Positions 37,543 to 44,388 of a stretch of DNA of 51,483 nt are shown here, piece by piece; the first letter of the stretch is position 1, and each line of letters begins with the position of its first letter. Where the stretch lies: NCBI GenBank assembly GCA_003661975.1, contig QMXE01000002.1, positions 1 through 51,483 of the forward strand, given 5' to 3'. The DNA comes from Candidatus Bathyarchaeota archaeon. GTDB lineage: Archaea > Thermoproteota > Bathyarchaeia > Bathyarchaeales > DTEX01. The translations under genes were made by a program, and so were the position numbers. The notes under the pieces are model-generated. The model worked only from the letters and a program-made list of their open reading frames with translations. It was not told the DNA's origin and did no database searches.

Positions 37543-38273
37543 GCCTCTATCCTAAAGAGCCTCATAGAGTTCTCTCCTAAGACGAACTCCAATTGACGCT
37601 CAGTTAAACCCGCAACTCTAACCTTCTCGATCTCGAATGCGGGATGCCCAAACGGCATATCCGAGCCGTATATAACCCTTTCCTCTCCAACCTCATCAGC
37701 AGCCTCCTTTATCTTACTATGCATCGGCATACCCGAAGTCTCAAGAATTATATTCTCATGTTTCCGGGCTACCTCTATGGCGCCATTAATATAGACTATA
37801 TGCCCATGACCCATATGCCCCAGTATTATCTTGACATCTGGGTATCTATCGGCGAGGTTTCCAAAGTGCCAAGGCAGGGACCATGGTGGATGCCCACAAT
37901 GGAAGAGTATTGGGATTCTCCGCTTGGCAGCCTCATCCATTACAGGGTAGATTACAGGCTGATCCGGAAGATAAGAGTCTAATAGGGGATGCATCTTCAA
38001 TCCCCTGAAGCCCCACTCCTCCACTGCCACCCTGATCTTCTCTACTGCTCTATCTCCCTCATACGGATTAACCCAGAGTAGCCCCACTAGCCTATCCGGG
38101 TGCTTCTTCACTGCCTCCAGTGTGATCTCATTCGGGAGGGAGGATACGACGCTCCAAGAGATGCCGTGACGATCCATGATCTCAATCATGCCTTCAGCAT
38201 TCAATTTAACATTGAATAGTGGAAAATCCCCGAGGTGAGTATGGGAGTCGATTATGATCATATGCATCACCAA
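37539..38273 (-). CDS. Amidohydrolase 2 family (TIM-barrel metal-dependent hydrolase)
   Basis: IIDSHTHLG, GLKMHP, ILFHCGHPP, LGHMGHG and YGSDMPFGHP blocks. Confidence 0.75.
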   Translation of the reverse strand: MVMHMIIIDSHTHLGDFPLFNVKLNAEGMIEIMDRHGISWSVVSSLPNEITLEAVKKHPDRLVGLLWVNPYEGDRAVEKIRVAVEEWGFRGLKMHPLLDSYLPDQPVIYPVMDEAAKRRIPILFHCGHPPWSLPWHFGNLADRYPDVKIILGHMGHGHIVYINGAIEVARKHENIILETSGMPMHSKIKEAADEVGEERVIYGSDMPFGHPAFEIEKVRVAGLTERQLEFVLGENSMRLFRIEA

Positions 38274-38274
38274 C

Positions 38275-38805
38275 TCACATAATTACATACCTGATCTTTA
38301 AGGCTTTACGTATCGATGCTAGTAGAGGCACAGTAACTATTATGTCAAGTGCACTTAGCGGGAAGAATGTGATTAGGTCCGTGTAAGCGACTGGGCCGAA
38401 GAGCAGATAATCATAGATGAAGTATCCAAGATTCTTCTCTACAGCGGCTACTATCATAGCGATGACCTCCGATGCAACAGGTCTATTCTTAATTATACCC
38501 CTCAGCTTTCCCAGGAGGAAGCCCATGAAGCTCCGTATGATTATAGTTGCGGGCCACCAAGTTATGAATGCACTGCCCCACAGGGGATTCCATACATCGA
38601 ATAGGGCTGCTCCAACTCCGCAGGCGAACGCTCCGACAATAGGGCCGCAGAGTATAGCCGCAGTGAAGGAGGCTATATCTCCGATATGCCAGACTCCGAG
38701 AGGAGGAGGCATCGGAATCGATATTGAAGTCATTGCATATACAAAGGCCGTCATTACAGCGGTTAAGGCCGTAACCTTCGTTTTAGATCTTTCCTTCATG
38801 GGCAT
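38275..38805 (-). CDS. ECF-transporter S-component-like membrane protein
   Basis: 176 aa with 5-6 TM helices. LTAVMTAFVYAMTSISIPMP...WHIGDIASFTAAILCGPIVGAFACGVGAALFD resembles energy-coupling-factor substrate-binding components. No ECF A/T genes are in the window. Confidence 0.55.
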   Translation of the reverse strand: MPMKERSKTKVTALTAVMTAFVYAMTSISIPMPPPLGVWHIGDIASFTAAILCGPIVGAFACGVGAALFDVWNPLWGSAFITWWPATIIIRSFMGFLLGKLRGIIKNRPVASEVIAMIVAAVEKNLGYFIYDYLLFGPVAYTDLITFFPLSALDIIVTVPLLASIRKALKIRYVIM

Positions 38806-38820
38806 CTCCCATGATAAACA

Positions 38821-38844
38821 ATAGTAAAGTTATAACTTTACTAT
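38821..38844. promoter_or_regulatory. Perfect 24-bp palindrome ATAGTAAAGTTA|TAACTTTACTAT upstream of the S-component-like gene
   Basis: Read directly. The two 12-nt halves are exact reverse complements. It lies 16-39 nt upstream of the ATG at 38805 and just downstream of a TTTAAAA box (about 38851-38857, minus strand). Confidence 0.4.
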
Positions 38845-38960
38845 CTCCCTTTTAAAGCTTACGCAACAAACCTCCAAGGGATCACACGGACAGAATTAAG
38901 CAAAATATTTATGACTTCAAATCAGCTTTTAGATTGATGTTTATATGCCCTGGCGCGGAG

Positions 38961-38999
38961 AGCCGGAGGTCGTGGGTTCAAATCCCACCGGGTCCGCCA
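38961..38999 (+). tRNA. tRNA-Arg(GCG) 3' half (positions 38-73 plus encoded CCA), located upstream of its 5' half
   Basis: A-GCCGG (38, 39-43), AGGTC variable loop, GTGGG-TTCAAAT-CCCAC T arm, CGGGTCC acceptor 3' strand, G73, CCA. No matching 5' acceptor strand exists upstream. Confidence 0.8.
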
Positions 39000-39008
39000 T
39001 AAATAAGT

Positions 39009-39048
39009 GGACCCGTAGTCTAGTCTGGATTAGGACGTCGGCCTGCGG
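39009..39048 (+). tRNA. tRNA-Arg(GCG) 5' half (positions 1-37), located downstream of its 3' half
   Basis: GGACCCG acceptor strand (a perfect complement of 38989-38995), TA, D arm GTCT-AGTCTGGATTA-GGAC with G18G19, G26, TCGGC anticodon stem strand, and CTGCGG loop with anticodon GCG. No T arm follows. Confidence 0.8.
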
Positions 39049-39307
39049 AGCCGGGGCGATCATCTTCCACTTTTGAATAGGACATCTATATTCTCAAGTG
39101 AAGATGCAGTAATTCTCGCCACCGTTTGCTCTGATCTTCAAGTCTAAATCGTAAATGTGGGCGTCATCATAACGGCAATTCTCCAAAATCTGATGTTATC
39201 TCTTCTATGCATAAGATCACCTCAGAGGAGACTGGAGGATAGAGCCAAGAGAATATGCTTAAAGCATGGAGTCAAATATAGAATTGCAACGTGAATGATT
39301 GGGCTCT

Positions 39308-41080
39308 TTAGGCCTGTAGACTCTTGGCCATTATCTCCTCGTTATTCGGCGTTCTTATGAAGGCTGGAACGTTCCTCTGCTTTGTAGCCTTGTAGGAGAC
39401 GAATAGCCACTCTCCAATATCTAGCTCAGTTGTCCTGTCGAGCAGGTCGTAGCTTAGGCTGAAAGCATCCGCTATCACCATTCTATCATAGAATCTTGGG
39501 AGGACGCTGACGAAGTAGCTATGGAGCTGCTGGAGGGCATTCACGTTCAGGTGAGCCACCCGCTGACTGCATATCCAGCAGTTCGCTCTATACTTCCTCC
39601 CCTGCCTGAGCAATGCCTCAACGGCTATGTTAGACTGCTCGGTGAAGTCCTCTTTCTTAGTCCTGTCAGGTATGAACTCCTGAGCCTCATCTAGAACTGT
39701 GAGGACCGTTCTTCCAACACCCCGCGTCTTCTTCAGCCATAACAGCTGATCTATGAATCTGCTTACGACATATCTTGCATCCTTTGGATCCGGCAGATAA
39801 ACTATATTAACTCCTCTGTATTCTCCGACTGCAACCTTCTCTGCAAGCCATTCTGCATTTCTTATGGCTTCCTCCTCGCCGTCATACTCTTCCTTGTCCA
39901 ATCCCTCCTCGAGTATTCCCATTACCGCCTGAACATCCTTAACCATCCCGGACATTGAATGGACCGATGACAGGAACTCTTTAAGTATCTCTTCCAGTTC
40001 AACTCTTGCCTCTATGTCCCTTCTGACCTCATCAAGTGAAGTTTCATCATCGTATCCCTTTCTTATCAGAAGCCTATTTATCTTGTTTAGTGCTATTGCA
40101 GCCTGCACTGCTCCTCTCCTTCTTCCCCTCGCTATCTCACCGAAGAGATCAAGTAGGAAGCCCATGTTTAATGGTATCTGCCTGAGCGGAGGTGATAATG
40201 ATAGTCTCTGGATCCTACCCATATCTATTAGCCTCTGAATACGCTTCATTATTATATTTCTGTCTATCATCTGCTCTAGCGTCTCAGGTATCGCCTGCGA
40301 ATCCATTACTCGATCTACATCCCCTCCGAAGTTCTCTGTTGAGAATAGACGTGGCTCTAGATCTAATAGGTGAATCAAATATTCCCCTGCGACGTCGAAG
40401 ATGACGATTGATATTCCCTCTATCTTCTCGAGAGCCCTCCTTATGAGGAATGAGCATAGATTAGATTTTCCGCATCCCGTAAAGCCGAATATTCCAGTGT
40501 GATACCTAACCATCTCTGAGATGTTCACCGTTAATGGTAGATCGAATCCTATCAGGTTGCCTATTGCAACTCCATTCTCGACGCATAAGAACTCCTTAAC
40601 CGTCTCCTTTGAGAGTATGTGTGCCTCGCTTCCAACTAGAGGCGTCAAATTAGACCGCTCAAACTTTAATCTTCCATTCTCTATTCTCATTAGGTATCCC
40701 GTTGGGACCGCTATAACATCGATCCAGGTCTCATCGCTCGTCCTCCATCCCCTATCGATCGTCTCCAAGAACTCCCTGCGTATGACCTTCGGGACTGAAA
40801 TGTCCATTCCAAGCATCTGGTAATGCATTGGCCTGACTGCTACAACCTCATAGATAATGAAGGTCTCTCCGCTCTGGGTTGGCCTATGGAATGCTATGAA
40901 GTTCGGCTCATGCAGCCTATCGAGGACGTTAAGGCTGAACCTCGCCTCTGCAACGGCGACTTGACTTGTTAATGTTATCTCGCCCTCCCTTGTCCTCGAT
41001 GTGCGCGTCGTTACTCTGTGGCTTCTTAGGCGAGCCGAGAACTCCCCATCCATCTCATCAAATATTTTGCTTGGCATCAC
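39308..41080 (-). CDS. HerA-like hexameric ATPase/translocase (FtsK-HerA superfamily, DUF87)
   Basis: 590 aa. An N-terminal barrel-like region (FIIYEVVAVRPMHYQ), Walker A GIFGFTGCGKSN, Walker B TVLTVLDEAQEF, and RQGRKYRANCWICSQRVAHLN as in HerA. Its start overlaps the stop of the upstream NurA-like ORF (ATGA). Confidence 0.8.
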   Translation of the reverse strand: MMPSKIFDEMDGEFSARLRSHRVTTRTSRTREGEITLTSQVAVAEARFSLNVLDRLHEPNFIAFHRPTQSGETFIIYEVVAVRPMHYQMLGMDISVPKVIRREFLETIDRGWRTSDETWIDVIAVPTGYLMRIENGRLKFERSNLTPLVGSEAHILSKETVKEFLCVENGVAIGNLIGFDLPLTVNISEMVRYHTGIFGFTGCGKSNLCSFLIRRALEKIEGISIVIFDVAGEYLIHLLDLEPRLFSTENFGGDVDRVMDSQAIPETLEQMIDRNIIMKRIQRLIDMGRIQRLSLSPPLRQIPLNMGFLLDLFGEIARGRRRGAVQAAIALNKINRLLIRKGYDDETSLDEVRRDIEARVELEEILKEFLSSVHSMSGMVKDVQAVMGILEEGLDKEEYDGEEEAIRNAEWLAEKVAVGEYRGVNIVYLPDPKDARYVVSRFIDQLLWLKKTRGVGRTVLTVLDEAQEFIPDRTKKEDFTEQSNIAVEALLRQGRKYRANCWICSQRVAHLNVNALQQLHSYFVSVLPRFYDRMVIADAFSLSYDLLDRTTELDIGEWLFVSYKATKQRNVPAFIRTPNNEEIMAKSLQA

Positions 41081-42285
41081 TTCTCCTCCATCACCGCCCT
41101 TTCCCTTGCTCCCTCAACTTCCCTCCTAATATCCCTAAATCTCCTAGCTATCGTGAATATCTTTTGTCTCCTTGATAGGCCTCCGAGCTCTAGGTCTGCA
41201 ACTCCCCTTAGGAGCCCCTTTATCATCTTAACCTCATTCTTCACTGCCTTATCGGCTAGATAGAGCAGCTGATTATGCCCCATAGCCTCCATGACCTCTG
41301 GATTATCACACTTCAATAGGAGGCGGAGAATAAATGTGTCAAGTGGATTCTCGCCTTCACCCTCCCAATACGGGGATATCTTAACCTTCTTTCTTCCCTC
41401 GATCGCGGTTATCTCAGCATGGAACTTATCATCCACGCTTGGAATGTAAAACCTATCATACAGGAATGTTGGTGATCTAACTCCAAGATCGGATTTGAAT
41501 TCTCTAAGTTGAAAGTATGCCTTAACGAATTGCCTCTCCATCGAGATTAATTGCCTAGCCGCTCTAAGCGGAGCCTTCTCATCTCCCTCCACCAGAGTTG
41601 TGAAGCATGCATCATAGCTTATTGTGCGCCATGGAGCATTGAAGAGATGGGAGTTTACGCTGCTTAGTATAGTTAGGAAGGCTCTGTCATGCCTTAGGTT
41701 TGGGGGCTTCTCATCCTCCGGAATGAGCCCCTCATGCCTAGCGTATGGTATGACCGCCCGTATATAATCCGATGCTGACGTGTCTTTCGCTATTCCGATT
41801 ATTAGGAGCCTACCATCTATGACCTTCTCCCTGAGCATGTGGATGAGCATGACGTTAACTGCGTTTAAATCGAAGACTGTCAGCCATGAATCGTCACCTA
41901 GCATCAATGGATGTTCGTAGGAGCCGAATATTCTATCGACTATCATTAGTGAAGTCTCTTTAACTCTTACCCAGTAATCCTTAACTTGCCCCTTAATCTT
42001 AAGCGTTGGATTCGCATCTTCAGGGTTGAAGTCCTCGGCGAATAATCTCCCATCAGAATCCTCATGCATCTTTAGCAGCTTCTTAAGCATGCTCCTTCCG
42101 GCACGTTCAGATATCCCTAAATCCTCAATCAGCTCCCTAAATGAGCATTCTCCAACCTTCAATAGCCTATGAATGGCGACGAATGGGAGGTATCTTCCCC
42201 GGGGGGGAATGTAACCTTTCCCTGAACCTAAGATGAAAGCCAAGCTGAAGTCCAGATAGCTTGTAGGGCCATGGGAAGTATTCAT
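41077..42285 (-). CDS. NurA-like nuclease, C-terminal portion, with an apparent N-proximal winged-helix insertion
   Basis: IIGIAKDTSASDY, FLYDRFY and GHNQLLYLADKAV resemble the central and C-terminal NurA motifs. Residues about 35-75 (AIHRLLKVGECSFRELIEDLGISERAGRSMLKKLL) look like a wHTH. The reading frame stays open upstream of the listed ATG as far as 42363. Confidence 0.55.
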   Translation of the reverse strand: MNTSHGPTSYLDFSLAFILGSGKGYIPPRGRYLPFVAIHRLLKVGECSFRELIEDLGISERAGRSMLKKLLKMHEDSDGRLFAEDFNPEDANPTLKIKGQVKDYWVRVKETSLMIVDRIFGSYEHPLMLGDDSWLTVFDLNAVNVMLIHMLREKVIDGRLLIIGIAKDTSASDYIRAVIPYARHEGLIPEDEKPPNLRHDRAFLTILSSVNSHLFNAPWRTISYDACFTTLVEGDEKAPLRAARQLISMERQFVKAYFQLREFKSDLGVRSPTFLYDRFYIPSVDDKFHAEITAIEGRKKVKISPYWEGEGENPLDTFILRLLLKCDNPEVMEAMGHNQLLYLADKAVKNEVKMIKGLLRGVADLELGGLSRRQKIFTIARRFRDIRREVEGARERAVMEEK

Positions 42286-42311
42286 CTCAAATAGAACGGA
42301 CTTTTTCCTCT

Positions 42312-42872
42312 TCAGTAAAGGCGGAGATCCCTTGAGACTGGCCCATAAGTACCATGCATCGGCCTATCCAAAAATACGAGTTTAACATCATCCTCGTCAG
42401 CAGCTTTTAGGGCTAAGTATAGCTCTGCCATCGTCATGAGCGAGTATGGTATGCGCTCAGCCGTTCTGGTAAGGTCATATTCGGTTGAGTCGGACTCCTC
42501 AGTGACGTAGTAGAGATCCTCGATCCATAGAGGAACTGACGTTGAGGCCATAAGCCTTCTGTCCCTAACAACCTCATCCAAGTCGAATTCTATTTCATCG
42601 TTGACTGTGAATTTGCATCTGAAGCCCGTGGCGCAGACGTAGAAGAGAAGCATCTCGAGGACCTCATCGTAATCCATTGAGCCGTCTATGCCGACTGCAT
42701 AGTAGTCTCCAGGCTCAAAGAAGGAAGCCTCAGTTCCCGATTTACTGAGGCTTCTAATGAAGGAGGCGAGGCCCTCCCTATCCCTGAGATCATTGATTCT
42801 CCGCGTTAGCAGATTGGCAAGCTCAGATGTTTGCCTCCTCAGTTTCTCGGCTAGAAAACTCATCTTAACCAA
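42312..42872 (-). CDS. NurA-like nuclease, N-terminal portion (DGS catalytic motif)
   Basis: YYAVGIDGSMDY (NurA motif I Asp, codon at 42684-42686), MTMAELYLAL (candidate Glu) and KLVFLDRPM (motif corresponding to LLDGSL). It ends 26 nt before the next ORF, in a different frame. TTG start, with an alternative ATG at 42863. Confidence 0.55.
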   Translation of the reverse strand: MVKMSFLAEKLRRQTSELANLLTRRINDLRDREGLASFIRSLSKSGTEASFFEPGDYYAVGIDGSMDYDEVLEMLLFYVCATGFRCKFTVNDEIEFDLDEVVRDRRLMASTSVPLWIEDLYYVTEESDSTEYDLTRTAERIPYSLMTMAELYLALKAADEDDVKLVFLDRPMHGTYGPVSRDLRLY

Positions 42873-42954
42873 TCAGAAAATTATGCTTATTGGGCATTAA
42901 TTACTTTCTGTTGTGATTATAGATCTCGCTGGCTTACTTATGAGTCGTGTATGT

Positions 42955-44388
42955 TTAGATTTTCCTCCAATACTTTAGGTATTTCTCCTCCGTTCCCATT
43001 CGGCTTAAGAAGTCTACGAGCTTCGCATGTATCTCCTCCGCCACATCTCTCTCCTCATCAAAAAGATTGTTCTCTTGCCTTGGATCCCTACGTAGATCAT
43101 AAAGTTCATTTTGGATCTTGCCCGCTATTTCCTCCAGTCTCTCGAAGTTCACCTTTCTCCCAGGATTATCCCTTAATGCATCCTCGAATTGCCCCGCGTA
43201 TATCAGGGACCACTCCTTCGTTGTCACGGTTATTCTTTGTCCAGCTACTGGACCGTGAATTATTGGAGGCGATGTAACCGCGAATTCACGCCAATCCGTA
43301 TCTTCTCCTCTCATCAGCGGCAATAATGAACTTCCCTGTATTGGGATTGGACTCTTAGCTCCGATGACATCTAGGATCGTCGCTGTTATGTCTTGGGGCT
43401 GAACCAGAGCATCGCAGTGCCATCCACCCTTAATCTCAGGATGATAGATCAGTAGTGGAACATGCGCTACTTCCTCATATAGTGGGCAGTATCCGGTGGC
43501 CAATGGCCTTATTATGCTCTTTCCGATAAGCCCGTGCTCTCCAAGATAGAATCCATGATCACTAGTGAATATTATCATGGATTCATCTACAAGCCCGAGA
43601 TCCTCCATCCTCTCTAGGAGGAAGCCTATCCACTTATCAACGAGGGTTGCCTCAGCAGCATATAGAGCCCGGCAATGTTTAAGTTCATCCTCTGATAGGA
43701 GATTGGCCGGTCCATAGATTGGATATATCACCTCTTCGCCGTCATACTCTGGATCATACATATTCACATACCATCGGGGCGGATCCCAAGGTTCATGTGG
43801 ATCGAAGGTGTCTATGTGCAGAAAGAATTTTTCATGCTGATCATAATTTAGCTCGAGCCATTGAGCCGCTGTTCTCATCGTTTGGGCTACGAAGTAGTCC
43901 TCTTCGAATCTGCGTAATGAGACGTTTCGTAGATATTGTATTGTTGTTCTTCCTCCATATCTCAGCTTGCTCCGGTCACATGGGAGCTTGACGCTTCTCG
44001 GCGAAGTCATGTATCTATCGTTTTCCTGTCCCCTAATCCATATCCAACCGTCAAATCCCCTATCATAGTTACAGTCATCCTTTATCATGTGCGGCGTGTC
44101 TACGATCAGTTGCGTTACACATCCGGATTGACGGAGCATCTGAGCCAGCACTATTTCACCCTCAGGTATTGGCCCCCACTTAGAGTATGTAAAGGTGTAT
44201 TTTCCAGTATAGAGGTCATGTCTATGAGGGATAGTCGGGAATGAAGCAGCGTATGCCTTATCAAATATGACTGCCTTCTCAGCGAATGAGTCTAGACTCG
44301 GAGTTTTAACCCACTCTCCTCCGTAGCATTTTAGGTTATCATATCTGAATGTATCTGAGACTATGAGGACAACGTTTTTTACGGTCAT
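42955..44388 (-). CDS. Sulfatase-family (alkaline phosphatase superfamily) hydrolase, non-canonical nucleophile motif
   Basis: 477 aa. VVLIVSDTFRYDNL metal-site start, and TSDHGFYLGEHG and similar blocks. At the C/S-x-P-x-R position the sequence reads T-I-P-H-R (44221-44235). Confidence 0.75.
   Translation of the reverse strand: MTVKNVVLIVSDTFRYDNLKCYGGEWVKTPSLDSFAEKAVIFDKAYAASFPTIPHRHDLYTGKYTFTYSKWGPIPEGEIVLAQMLRQSGCVTQLIVDTPHMIKDDCNYDRGFDGWIWIRGQENDRYMTSPRSVKLPCDRSKLRYGGRTTIQYLRNVSLRRFEEDYFVAQTMRTAAQWLELNYDQHEKFFLHIDTFDPHEPWDPPRWYVNMYDPEYDGEEVIYPIYGPANLLSEDELKHCRALYAAEATLVDKWIGFLLERMEDLGLVDESMIIFTSDHGFYLGEHGLIGKSIIRPLATGYCPLYEEVAHVPLLIYHPEIKGGWHCDALVQPQDITATILDVIGAKSPIPIQGSSLLPLMRGEDTDWREFAVTSPPIIHGPVAGQRITVTTKEWSLIYAGQFEDALRDNPGRKVNFERLEEIAGKIQNELYDLRRDPRQENNLFDEERDVAEEIHAKLVDFLSRMGTEEKYLKYWRKI

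Larger units (their letters stand above)
38946..39058 (+). other. Permuted pre-tRNA-Arg(GCG) transcription unit: BHB leader, 3' half, 9-nt linker, 5' half, BHB trailer
   Basis: See the two tRNA-half features and the finding. Leader 38946-38960 and trailer 39049-39058 pair with each other and with the anticodon loop to give a 3-4-3 bulge-helix-bulge. A TTTT run follows at 39071-39074. Confidence 0.75.

Noticed and set aside
39122-39175. Possible C/D-box sRNA on the minus strand: terminal stem CCGTT/AACGG, C box ATGATGA (39164-39170 on the plus strand as TCATCAT), C'-like TGAAGA, overall length 54 nt
   Set aside because: No canonical D box (CTGA) lies next to the 3' terminal stem; the position reads AGCA, and the nearest match is CAGA. 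No clear D' box is present either. The size and C box alone are not enough. It would need RNA-seq or a C/D-specific search to revive.
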